In this document: piece by piece, positions 43,027-51,752 of the stretch | Position numbering within the stretch: the first letter of the stretch is position 1 | Layout of the letters: each line of letters opens with the position of its first letter | Source of the DNA: Candidatus Bruticola sp. | GTDB lineage: Bacteria > Vulcanimicrobiota > Xenobia > Xenobiales > Xenobiaceae | Assembly (NCBI GenBank): GCA_051874735.1 | Contig: JBJEGD010000026.1 | Span: forward strand, 91,452 to 155,451 | DNA: 64,000 bases | Direction: 5' to 3' | Position numbers and translations under genes: made by a program | Notes under the pieces: generated by a model | Databases searched by the model: none | What the model was told of the DNA's origin: nothing | The model's input: only the letters and a program-made list of their open reading frames with translations

Positions 43027-44202
43027 TTAAGGCCGCATGGAAATCTCGGTTAAAATTTGAGCCATGCGGGCTGCTCCTCCGGGAGGGCCTAGTCTCTCTT
43101 GGCCGATAGATCCGCGCCGTTGCCGATCAGCTTTGTCTTGCATTAGGCGACATAGAGTTTCGATTATATCGGGATCGTAATCTTCACAAACAATAAGAGC
43201 CTCACCGAGCAGCCCCTTTTGTCTGGCCCTATACCACTTTAAACGAGTCTCTCCGCCTGGTTCATAAGCAACAACAGGAATACCGTGACCAGCCGCTTGT
43301 TCATGTGCTGTGCCCGCCAATCCTAGAGCGACTTGACTGTATTTTAGTACATCAGCTAGATGGCCTTTGATAAGAAAGAACTGAACTTGATACTCCGCCT
43401 TGTTGTCTGCAAGTTTAAGTTCGCTCCAACCCGGATAAGGTGCTTCGTTCATAACAAAACCCGGACAGGCCTGTGCTAACTTTGAGGTATCAATAGATGG
43501 AGCTACGGCAATAAAGGCACAAATTTTCTTATTTAAGCGTTGAGACAGCTGGCAACTTATTTCTAAAAGGCGAGGCAGTACCCTGTAAGTAGCTTGTCTG
43601 CTGCCGGGAAAGAGAGCTAGGCCTATTTCTTTGCTGCTGTCTAGACTGAAGTCCAGTTCTTGAGGAACCAAACCATCCATCATAGCATTACCTACCCAGA
43701 TAGCTTTAACTCCTTTTTGACGCAGACTGGCAGCTGTAGGTTCATCTCGGACAATAGAGCGAACTTTGAAAGTTCTCAGAACCCAAGCTTCTAGAGCTGA
43801 GTAAGGATGATGATAGTCAGATTTAGCCGTGCCAATGAAGGTTATTGGGCGTATACCAGATAGGGCAGCTAGAATAACTGGCCAAAGATCGCCGACAGCG
43901 GCAATGTGATTGAAACGGTGACGATTTGAGCGCAGCCAAAACAGCTGTTTTAAAGTTAAATAGGCTAAGCCGCCGCCAAGATCTTTCCAAAAATTACGCC
44001 AATCTTCTTGAATAAGGCCGCCGCTGGGCATGTCGCTGACAGGGCCGTTTATGGGAGCTATTCCTTTGTACGCTGAGCCTTCTCCAACCAAAGGTAAAGC
44101 TTCTATATCGATTGATTTAGGCAGCTCCTTAATTATCTGGGCAGCTATGGAATCTTCACCGGCTCCGTTAGATACAAGTAAAAGGCGTTGAGGGGCGGGC
44201 AT
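43027..44202 (-). CDS. LpxB-related GT-B glycosyltransferase (lipid-A-disaccharide synthase-related type)
   Basis: ATG at 44202 follows AAGGAGAG. It has LLLVSNGAGEDSIAAQII, LFPGSRQAT and GLAGTAHEQAAGHGIPVV, the same architecture as the second module of the lpxB fusion. Confidence 0.7.
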   Translation of the reverse strand: MPAPQRLLLVSNGAGEDSIAAQIIKELPKSIDIEALPLVGEGSAYKGIAPINGPVSDMPSGGLIQEDWRNFWKDLGGGLAYLTLKQLFWLRSNRHRFNHIAAVGDLWPVILAALSGIRPITFIGTAKSDYHHPYSALEAWVLRTFKVRSIVRDEPTAASLRQKGVKAIWVGNAMMDGLVPQELDFSLDSSKEIGLALFPGSRQATYRVLPRLLEISCQLSQRLNKKICAFIAVAPSIDTSKLAQACPGFVMNEAPYPGWSELKLADNKAEYQVQFFLIKGHLADVLKYSQVALGLAGTAHEQAAGHGIPVVAYEPGGETRLKWYRARQKGLLGEALIVCEDYDPDIIETLCRLMQDKADRQRRGSIGQERLGPPGGAARMAQILTEISMRP

Positions 44203-44234
44203 AATCTCTCCTTTTAAGTTTTTTAGCAGCAAAT

Positions 44235-45080
44235 TTAAGCTAAACTTATCAACTTACAGTGACTTAGCTGTGGATTATCCATATTGTATTCAATTTCATT
44301 TATATGTTTGGCGAATGCACCAGTTTGTACAATAAAAGAACCATTAACTTGACAAGGTGAGTCCAGTTGGGTATGGGTATGGCCTCCTAAAATCCAGGTG
44401 CCTGGCGGCGTATTAACCGCCAATTGCTGATCTCGGTCAAAACCTATGTGACTGATGATAACTAAATTAGTTCTTAGACCTAATTTAGCTGAGCAGCGAT
44501 CAGCTATCTGAGGCAAAGTTGTCTCTGCTTTGAAAAAACGAAAACCAAATATTTTTTCCCATATGGCATTATGAGGGTATTGCACCGGCATGGCTGATAA
44601 AATCAGCAAGGCACAATTTGAGCTCCAAGAGCTGTTAAAAAGCGCCAGACCGGGAATCCAGCGCTCTGAGGATAGTTCTTGCCAGGCCGAGGAGTTACGC
44701 CAGTTAGCAGAACTGCAGTCTATTATTGGTATATCTTGAATTTGCTCGACAAATTCGCGCTGAGTTAAATGACCACTAAGACGTATATCAGACAAATTAG
44801 TACAGATAAGCGGAAAAGAACGCTGTCTAGCTCTTTTGTCTAGAATACGCCTTTGATAATTGAACTCTCGATTGCCCATAGCCATGGCTGCGCAGCCGAC
44901 AGAACTCATTTTATCTAAGTTTGGTTCAAAGTTTTTCCATACTGTGTTAGAACCGATTAGAGCGTCGCCGCTGTCAAAATAAAGGGCTTGACCTGCGGCT
45001 ATAGAGGCCTGGGCCTGGCTTTTGAGCCAAGCCAAAGCCTCGCTGCGTCCGTGCATATCGTTGGTATGATAAATAATCAT
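44235..45080 (-). CDS. UshA-type calcineurin-like metallophosphoesterase (N-domain only, 281 aa)
   Basis: Motifs YHTNDMHGR, DSGDALIGS, GNREF, ISHIG and GGHTH. Arg replaces the usual His of the GNHE motif. Confidence 0.8.
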   Translation of the reverse strand: MIIYHTNDMHGRSEALAWLKSQAQASIAAGQALYFDSGDALIGSNTVWKNFEPNLDKMSSVGCAAMAMGNREFNYQRRILDKRARQRSFPLICTNLSDIRLSGHLTQREFVEQIQDIPIIDCSSANWRNSSAWQELSSERWIPGLALFNSSWSSNCALLILSAMPVQYPHNAIWEKIFGFRFFKAETTLPQIADRCSAKLGLRTNLVIISHIGFDRDQQLAVNTPPGTWILGGHTHTQLDSPCQVNGSFIVQTGAFAKHINEIEYNMDNPQLSHCKLISLA

Positions 45081-45105
45081 GCAACTTAGAGATGACTTAT
45101 AACAA

Positions 45106-45678
45106 TCAATTTTTGCTTCGCTGGGAAACTTTTGAGCTTCTTTCCTGAGCTACTTCGGTATAGACTTGACGGTAGCGATCTATTCCTATATATCTACAAA
45201 TTACTATACCGTAACCTATTATCCAACCGACTCCAGCTAGAGAAGCACCACCCAAACATACCCCTAATATTAAACCAATGCATCCGAAAATTAAACTGTT
45301 TAGCATAGGCTTAGAATCTAGTGATATTGAGTAACCTAAAGAAAGCCCAATAATAGCTCCCACTAGTCCGTAGTAACTACCTTTGCCTATATCTGCAGCC
45401 GTGGTTGCAATAGCCAAACTCGCTTTAGCTGCCTGCACAAGTGAATATTCAGACTGGCCAGCATCGATAATGGAGTTCGCTCCCCACAAGAATCCCATCA
45501 TCAGTCCCATGCCGGCGAAGCAGAGGCAGTACAAAGTCCTCTGTTGTTTGGTAAGAAAAGTTACAGACTGTTCTGTATTACTAGTCTTATTCGCGGTAGA
45601 CGATGAATTTTTTTTATCTTGCTTAGCGTTTTTCTTTTCTTTTTTTTTGCTGTCTTTGAGAGACGCCGGATCACTCAT
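45106..45678 (-). CDS. membrane protein with a Lys-rich N-terminus and Gly-zipper TM segments
   Basis: It has KKKEKKNAKQDKKNSS followed by about 4 Gly/Ala-rich hydrophobic segments. It overlaps the upstream gene by 8 nt. Confidence 0.6.
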   Translation of the reverse strand: MSDPASLKDSKKKEKKNAKQDKKNSSSTANKTSNTEQSVTFLTKQQRTLYCLCFAGMGLMMGFLWGANSIIDAGQSEYSLVQAAKASLAIATTAADIGKGSYYGLVGAIIGLSLGYSISLDSKPMLNSLIFGCIGLILGVCLGGASLAGVGWIIGYGIVICRYIGIDRYRQVYTEVAQERSSKVSQRSKN

Positions 45679-46654
45679 GTTTTTTATCTTTGTCCTTCAG
45701 AGATAATTTTGCCAATTTTTTTATTTGCTCCCATTTTTTTAAAGGAAGCTGACGCATCGCAATTTGGCGCATCGATACTTTATGTGCTTGAACGGGATCG
45801 CCGGACCACACTGACTGACCGGCTGGAATATCTTTATCCACGCCCGATCTAGCTGCTACTGTGGCAAAATCGCCGATATGACGCCCTTCTTTTACCAAGC
45901 ATTGGCCGGCGGCTATGGATAATTTTCCAATATAAGCTCTCTCCTGCAGACAGTTTTGAGAAATAATTATAGCCATAGGCTCTATAATAGATTCTTTGTT
46001 AATGCAGGCTAAATTGTCTATGCGCACTCCTTGATGAATAAGTGCTTTCCTGCCTATAAAGCAGCGAGCACCTATTTCAATATCACTTCCCAAAGAAGCT
46101 TCATCTTCGATAATGGTTAGCGGCCCTACTAAACTTGAACCTTCCAATTTTACTTTTTTCCCTAAAGAAACTCCGGGCATCAATTTAGTGTCAGCTCCTA
46201 CAAAGCTGTCGCTATCTATGCTGACATGAGCTTGAATTTGGCAGTTATCGCCAATGGTTACTCCATCTGCTATAACGGCAAAGGGGCCTATATAGGCTGT
46301 AGGAGATATGTTGGCAGAATCGCTTATGCAAGCACTTTCGTGTATCCCCGGCTTAAAGCGAAAAGGAGGATAATACAAATCGAGGAGCTTAGCATAGGCT
46401 ACTCGAGAATTTTTCACTAATATAGCCGGAATATTTGTTTGTATTTTTTCGGGTATAATTACTGCAGCAAAGCCGAGGTGCACTGCTTCTTGTAGTGAAC
46501 TTTCGTCTTCAGCGAAAGTAATTGCCGAGTTTAGATTGTGACTTAAAGCTGCGTCCATACCTGTGACTTCTTTTATAACCAGAGAAGCACTTTCCGGTAT
46601 GTTCAGACGACCTTCAAGATAATCGGCCAGCTCTTTTAAGTTCTTTACCACCAT
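45671..46654 (-). CDS. LpxD-like acyltransferase paralogue (full-length architecture, catalytic His position is Lys)
   Basis: The N-terminus is like the LpxD uridine-binding domain (LKELADYLEGRL...ITFAEDESSLQEA...AVIIPE). It has LbH repeats. The region IDNLACINKESII aligns to E. coli IDNQCQIAHNVVI. Confidence 0.75.
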   Translation of the reverse strand: MVVKNLKELADYLEGRLNIPESASLVIKEVTGMDAALSHNLNSAITFAEDESSLQEAVHLGFAAVIIPEKIQTNIPAILVKNSRVAYAKLLDLYYPPFRFKPGIHESACISDSANISPTAYIGPFAVIADGVTIGDNCQIQAHVSIDSDSFVGADTKLMPGVSLGKKVKLEGSSLVGPLTIIEDEASLGSDIEIGARCFIGRKALIHQGVRIDNLACINKESIIEPMAIIISQNCLQERAYIGKLSIAAGQCLVKEGRHIGDFATVAARSGVDKDIPAGQSVWSGDPVQAHKVSMRQIAMRQLPLKKWEQIKKLAKLSLKDKDKKHE

Positions 46655-47964
46655 AATTCAGGATAATCACTCCAAGTTTCTGCCGGATCTATATCCGCTT
46701 CTTCTAATGTTAGACTGCGTACAGCCAAGGGAACGCACATGGTACGCCCGTTCAAAACTGATTCATAACCTAAACCTATCAAGTCTGCTCCCAAGAGATC
46801 GGTGTAGTTAGCCCTGACAATAAACTGGGGCACTCGGCAAATAGGGCGGCCGTGGTGCAGCAAGAAAGCTGTCTCGCATCGCCTAGCAAACTGTCCCTCT
46901 TTTTTCAGGTGACTAGGAAGAGGAGTCAACCTGTCCAATAAAATGCCAAAGTCTGTCTTAGCGCATAATTCGCCTAAAGAATAGTCTCCGCCTTTGAGAA
47001 TTAAATTAGAATGACCAGGTTTAGGTGGCTGTCCCCAAGGACGCACTGCCGAACCGTTAGGTACAACTCCGCAGGCTCTCGCTGTGCTTAAATCGTAAAT
47101 GCCGCCTACTAGTTCGCCTTGGCGTATTAGTGGTAGTGATGTTTTAGTAATTCCTTCACCGTCAAAAGGTACACTGCCAAAGCCTCTGGGTAAAGACGCA
47201 TCATCCGTTATATTTATGCAAGGGGACAGCCACGGAGAATTTTTGGGTAAAGATTTAAAAAGCGGTGCATCAGCATAAAGCATTTCTTTGGCGAAATCTT
47301 CGAGTAATTTACCGCAGGCGCTCGATGTAAATACGCCAGGAATCGTATTGCTATCTGGCCAGGCCATCTCTGTGGAATGTACGGAACGCCAGGTTAACCT
47401 GCAGAGCATTTCTGCAGGAGAATGCTGAGCAGAAGTACTGTAGATGGCGTCTCCCACAGGTATACCGTCGTTGGAGTTTAAAGTTAGCAGATGTAGAATG
47501 CGGCTGGCACAGCGCTCTCCGCTTCTAGTTGTGATTTTTAACGTATGCTGCAATAACCTGGCACTAAGAGAAAAACGCCTGTTGGGCAACAAAGAAGGAA
47601 GCATAAAATCAAGCCCTTGAATTAAGGCTTTAAAATGCATAATTGAATCTTCGAGTTGTTGCGAAGTTTCAGAGATGTTGGAAACTGAGGTAGGAGAAAT
47701 TAAGCCCTTTTGTGAGAATGAACCGCGCTTGCCGTTGGCCGCACTTTGGGCAGCTTTCTGTAGTAAATCGCTAATGGAAAATTCTCCCTCAGACCAAACA
47801 TAACCAAGACGTCCGTCTATATTTATTCTGAGCCCTAGTCCGGGTTTAAATATACGCTGATCAGGCTGAGCTAAGTTGACTTCTGTATAAACTTCTTCGG
47901 AAACTTCAGCATCTCTGGCCATACCGAGTGCTTTGACCAGCAGTTGATTTGCATAACTGGCCAT
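46645..47964 (-). CDS. TldD/PmbA-fold protein (PmbA-like, no HExxxH)
   Basis: The GSVPFDGEGITKTSLPLIRQGELVGGIYDL block is typical of the family. No HExxxH motif is present anywhere. Confidence 0.8.
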   Translation of the reverse strand: MASYANQLLVKALGMARDAEVSEEVYTEVNLAQPDQRIFKPGLGLRINIDGRLGYVWSEGEFSISDLLQKAAQSAANGKRGSFSQKGLISPTSVSNISETSQQLEDSIMHFKALIQGLDFMLPSLLPNRRFSLSARLLQHTLKITTRSGERCASRILHLLTLNSNDGIPVGDAIYSTSAQHSPAEMLCRLTWRSVHSTEMAWPDSNTIPGVFTSSACGKLLEDFAKEMLYADAPLFKSLPKNSPWLSPCINITDDASLPRGFGSVPFDGEGITKTSLPLIRQGELVGGIYDLSTARACGVVPNGSAVRPWGQPPKPGHSNLILKGGDYSLGELCAKTDFGILLDRLTPLPSHLKKEGQFARRCETAFLLHHGRPICRVPQFIVRANYTDLLGADLIGLGYESVLNGRTMCVPLAVRSLTLEEADIDPAETWSDYPELWW

Positions 47965-47966
47965 AG

Positions 47967-48614
47967 TTATTCTTTATTTCCCAAAATCAGTATATTATAG
48001 GGCAGTACTTCCATATCTGATAGAAGTTTTTGATAATTTGGTTCGCATATAGACGTGCTGTTTTCATTAGGAAGCTTAAGCAACCAAAGTTGCTCCACAG
48101 AGTCAACTTGACTAACTTCGGCGCCATTAATAGCTGCCCACTGTCTGGCTACTCTTCGGCTGTTTTGAGCATCCAGATATAAGAAGCAGTATTGTAGGTT
48201 CTGTTTTGTAACTATTTTTACGAAACTTTCTAATCCGGAAGCAGAGTCCTGAGCAGAAGCTCCCCGCAAATCTAGACATGGAGTTCCTTTAAATACAGAA
48301 GCTTGAGAATGAGTTAATTTTGTTAATAGATCTGATTTCAGATGTTTTGAACTTTGAGAATGATTTTGGGAGGCTTCAGGAAGAGTGCTGTAATTATTTA
48401 AAACAACCTCAGCTTGAGGATCTAAATAGCGTCTTAAGGTGCCCTGCAGTCCTTTAACTAGAAAGGCCGTTGGCAATCCGGGAGCAAAGCGCTCCAGACT
48501 GACATTTAATCTATTTAATTCTTTATCGAAACTAAAGCTTGTGAAACGTACCCCCTCATCATTAAAAGTTTTAGTCAATTTATTTAAAATTTCCTCAGGG
48601 GTATACTTATCCAT
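47967..48614 (-). CDS. hypothetical protein (first gene of the operon)
   Basis: 215-aa ORF with an AAAGGA RBS. It ends 2 nt before the next start. No family recognised. Confidence 0.6.
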   Translation of the reverse strand: MDKYTPEEILNKLTKTFNDEGVRFTSFSFDKELNRLNVSLERFAPGLPTAFLVKGLQGTLRRYLDPQAEVVLNNYSTLPEASQNHSQSSKHLKSDLLTKLTHSQASVFKGTPCLDLRGASAQDSASGLESFVKIVTKQNLQYCFLYLDAQNSRRVARQWAAINGAEVSQVDSVEQLWLLKLPNENSTSICEPNYQKLLSDMEVLPYNILILGNKE

Positions 48615-48699
48615 TTCATGTTTCCTTTATTAAATTTAGTTTTAGCTGCTGATTAAGTATGTTGGACTTAAACTTAACAGTATTAACATTATAAATAAG

Positions 48700-48754
48700 G
48701 CGCCGTTCAGTCTTGAATCTCTTCTTTCAAGGAGGAGATTAATCTGCACGGCGC
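48700..48754 (-). terminator. long imperfect hairpin after the Pro-rich/TPR gene
   Basis: gcgccgt pairs with acggcgc on the outside, with inner cag/ctg and gaatctc/gagatt pairs. A T-rich tail follows on the minus strand. Confidence 0.55.
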
Positions 48755-48827
48755 TTCTGAGTAATTATAATGATAAACACGAAAACGGCCGACAGCAACA
48801 ACGGCAATTTCGGCGGCGCAGGACTAT

Positions 48828-50597
48828 TTAGAAAACGGCTGTACCTGGATCTGTTTTAGCTTGCTGGTAAAAATCTTGCCAGAGTTTTTTCTCATTGTTC
48901 ATGCGTTCAACGCTGACATTTTTACTCTTAATTTTTGCGACTATGTCTTGCCGACTGCGTTCTACTTCTTTGAAACGACCTGGTTTCCAAGCGTACTCGT
49001 CAAGATTGTATATATCGCGGTTGCGGTACTCTCCCACTTTATAAAGGACAGCGTAATTTTTTTCCATGTAGTACAAAGTTTCAAACGAAAAAGGATTAAG
49101 TTTGTTAGCTTTTTCGAAACACTGAGCTGCATCGTAGAAATAACTCTCTACAGGACGGTTTTTATCCTGAGCTTTATCGCCTTTGCGTAAGCGCTCGTAT
49201 CGGTATATACCCGCCCTTAAGTAACTTTGCCCTTGATTAAATTTAAATGAGGAATAAGTCCAGAAGCCAAGAGCGACAGCTATGATTAAAGGTCCTATCA
49301 CCAGAGCGAAGATGCTAGCTGCTTTATATGTGGCGGTGGAGTCTCCTTTGTCTTTGGGGGCATTACCGGACACAATGCGCTCTCTGGCAGCATAAAAATC
49401 TTGTTCTATAGTTTCTTTAGTTTTGGAAGCTAAAGCCCTTATTTTAGCTTCGTATCGGTTAGAAGCCATGATTTTTGTGCATATATCGGAGGCCGCTTCT
49501 AAAAAACCAGAGTGACCGATCTCTTCAGCCATTAACAGCCAATCCTCAGGATCGCTGCTGGTAATTTCGTGAATAACTTCACCTGGGCGAATGGAATCAT
49601 CTAGTTCCAACGCTTTGGAAAAATGGACTGCTGCTCTTTCTGGTTCGCCTATGGCCATAGAACATAGGCCTAAGCCATAGTGAGCATCAATATTATTAGG
49701 GAAGCGTTTCAGACTATTCTGAATATCAAAGTGCAGCTCTGAGAATTTTCCTTTGTCGAAAAGCTCAAGCTGTTCTTCCGTAAAAATATTGGCGATTTTG
49801 CGGGAAGTTACTGGAATTTTAGGAGTTGTCGACTGAGAGTTTTGCTCAGCTTCGACCTTTACTACATTTTGGGATACCGAAGGAGTTGCGGGCGGTACCG
49901 TAGGCTGCGAAGATAGCTGTGCTGACCTTTCTGTTGGTATATTCGCAGAGGTTGGGGCTGTCTGAGGATATCCCGGCTGCATAGGTCTGGGCTGGGGCGG
50001 TCTGCCTCCCGGTGTACCTGCGAGCACGGGAGCAGACTGAGGGTATCCCGTCTGCATAGGTCTGGGCTGGGGCGGTCTGCCTCCCGGTGTACCTGCGAGC
50101 ACGGGAGCAGACTGAGGGTATCCCGTCTGCATAGGTCTGGGCTGAGGCGGTCTGCCTCCTGGTGTACCTGCGGGCATGGGAGCAGACTGAGGATATCCCG
50201 TATGCGTAGGTCTGGGCTGAGGCGGTCTTCCTCCTGGTGTACCTGCGGGCATAGGAGCAGACTGAGGATATCCCGTCTGCATAGGTCTGGGCTGAGGCGG
50301 TCTTCCTCCTGGTGTACCTGCAGGCATGGGAGCAGACTGAGGATATCCCGTCTGCATAGGTCTGGGCTGAGGTAGTCTTCCTCCTGGCGTATTTAAAGGC
50401 ATGGGAGCAGACTGAGGGTGTCCCGGATGCATGGGGCTAGGCTGGGGGGGACGGGGAGTATAGCTTTGCCTTGATGAATACGGTTGAGATGTACTGGGAA
50501 TTGCAGTTTGAGCACTGAAATTATCCGCAGGAGTACCCTGGCTATCCTGCTGGTCTTGTAGTGTTAAATTGCTGCGCGGAGGCATTTGCATGCTCAC
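48828..50597 (-). CDS. single-pass membrane protein with an N-terminal Pro/Gln-rich tandem repeat, a TPR-like segment, a TM segment and a C-terminal domain
   Basis: GTG start follows AAGGA. It has six or more units of PMQTGYPQSAPMPAGTPGGRPPQPR, a TPR-like AHYGLGLCSMAIGEPERAAVHFSKALELD and TM segment IFALVIGPLIIAVALGFWTY. Confidence 0.75.
   Translation of the reverse strand: MSMQMPPRSNLTLQDQQDSQGTPADNFSAQTAIPSTSQPYSSRQSYTPRPPQPSPMHPGHPQSAPMPLNTPGGRLPQPRPMQTGYPQSAPMPAGTPGGRPPQPRPMQTGYPQSAPMPAGTPGGRPPQPRPTHTGYPQSAPMPAGTPGGRPPQPRPMQTGYPQSAPVLAGTPGGRPPQPRPMQTGYPQSAPVLAGTPGGRPPQPRPMQPGYPQTAPTSANIPTERSAQLSSQPTVPPATPSVSQNVVKVEAEQNSQSTTPKIPVTSRKIANIFTEEQLELFDKGKFSELHFDIQNSLKRFPNNIDAHYGLGLCSMAIGEPERAAVHFSKALELDDSIRPGEVIHEITSSDPEDWLLMAEEIGHSGFLEAASDICTKIMASNRYEAKIRALASKTKETIEQDFYAARERIVSGNAPKDKGDSTATYKAASIFALVIGPLIIAVALGFWTYSSFKFNQGQSYLRAGIYRYERLRKGDKAQDKNRPVESYFYDAAQCFEKANKLNPFSFETLYYMEKNYAVLYKVGEYRNRDIYNLDEYAWKPGRFKEVERSRQDIVAKIKSKNVSVERMNNEKKLWQDFYQQAKTDPGTAVF
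49981..50430 (-). repeat. 75-bp head-to-tail coding tandem repeat, six copies plus degenerate flanks
   Basis: Units begin (a/g)taggtctgggct at 49981, 50056, 50131, 50206, 50281 and 50356. The first two units are identical by eye, and partial copies sit at both ends. Confidence 0.9.
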
Positions 50598-51026
50598 TTG
50601 AGTACATCCTTTTCGAAACTATTAAAAGACTGCGTCTCTGATATAGTCTTCACGCAGCAGCACGAAAGGTCTAGAGCGAAAACCTCTGATTAAAGCGTTT
50701 TTATAAACCGCTTTTTTATATAACAGAGTTACATCCTTCTTCGTTTTTATTGTGTTCGGTGTAGCTATCTATTGACGGAATATCAAGTTCACCGAATGCT
50801 GACTGCTGCATTAGACAAGCCTACTTATATTTGACGAAAATGGCTTATAACCTTTTATCTATCAACTTGCACAACAGTCAGCTTATTTAATTTGTTTCAT
50901 ATTTTTATTGTTAGCAACTAAAAAATATTAATAACAATTCAATGTCTTAAATGGCAAGGAAAAGAAAAGTTTGCCTGATATTATATAAAATTATGCAGTT
51001 TATTAAGGTTGCAGCGGAGGCATTAT

Positions 51027-51728
51027 ATGATTTCTCCTAGTGGCAGGCTTTTGTGTCTGTTAGCCGTTATGTCTGTTTTATATGGATGCGGAGAAAATAT
51101 TGAGAAAAAAAGCGGTACGGATACTGTGCCCACTGATAAGTCTGTTGCTTCATCCGTTGATCAGAATACAAATTTGAAAACAAAAGAAGAGACAACAGGC
51201 GGTGTGGTTGGCCGTTCTGTTAGCTCTGACAGCAAGGTAAAATCGTTTGAAGACGGGGCTGTAAAAGCAGATCAAGAAGCCGAGATAAAAGAAGATAGGC
51301 AGGGAGTTAATGCTATATCTCTCTCTGCTAAAGGAGATTCTCCTTGGAGTTTAACGGCCAACCGTATTGTTTACGATGATTCAACGAAAAAGGCCAGAGC
51401 TTCAAACATAACTTGGAACTTGCTTGATAAAAATGGAAAGTCTTCTCTAGAGCTTAAAGGTGACGCCGCTGTGGTAAATTTAGAGACGCAAGGGTTGGCC
51501 TTTGAAGGGCCTGTTCATGCCATTGGTCCCAAGGGAGAAAATATTACCTGCACTAAGCTTATTTGGGACAGTAAAACAAGGAAGCTGCGCGGATCTCATG
51601 GAGTTAAAGTTATCAGAGAAAGTTCTGTTATGACTGGAGATAATATGGTGGCGTCTCCCGATCTGAAACAAATTGAAGTTGAGGGTAATGTACGCATTCA
51701 CTTTAATTCAAGTTTGGAATCGAATTAG
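51027..51728 (+). CDS. LptC/LptA (OstA-fold) family lipoprotein
   Basis: ATG at 51027 lies 6 nt after GGAGG. Lipobox VLYGC. The C-terminal beta-jellyroll-like pattern (LELKGDAAVVNL...FEGPVHA...TGDNMVASPDLKQIEVEGNVRIHF) sits directly upstream of lptB. Confidence 0.6.
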   Translation: MISPSGRLLCLLAVMSVLYGCGENIEKKSGTDTVPTDKSVASSVDQNTNLKTKEETTGGVVGRSVSSDSKVKSFEDGAVKADQEAEIKEDRQGVNAISLSAKGDSPWSLTANRIVYDDSTKKARASNITWNLLDKNGKSSLELKGDAAVVNLETQGLAFEGPVHAIGPKGENITCTKLIWDSKTRKLRGSHGVKVIRESSVMTGDNMVASPDLKQIEVEGNVRIHFNSSLESN

Positions 51729-51752
51729 ATCGACAAGGCGAGAGGGCAAAGA

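Noticed and set aside
45383-45852. Plus-strand ORFs 45383-45706 and 45619-45852
   Set aside because: They are antisense to the tightly packed minus-strand operon and consist of low-complexity Phe/Leu-rich products.
49981-50430. CRISPR or satellite interpretation of the 75-bp tandem repeat
   Set aside because: The units are head-to-tail without spacers. They are in frame and encode a coherent 25-aa Pro-rich unit inside a long ORF.
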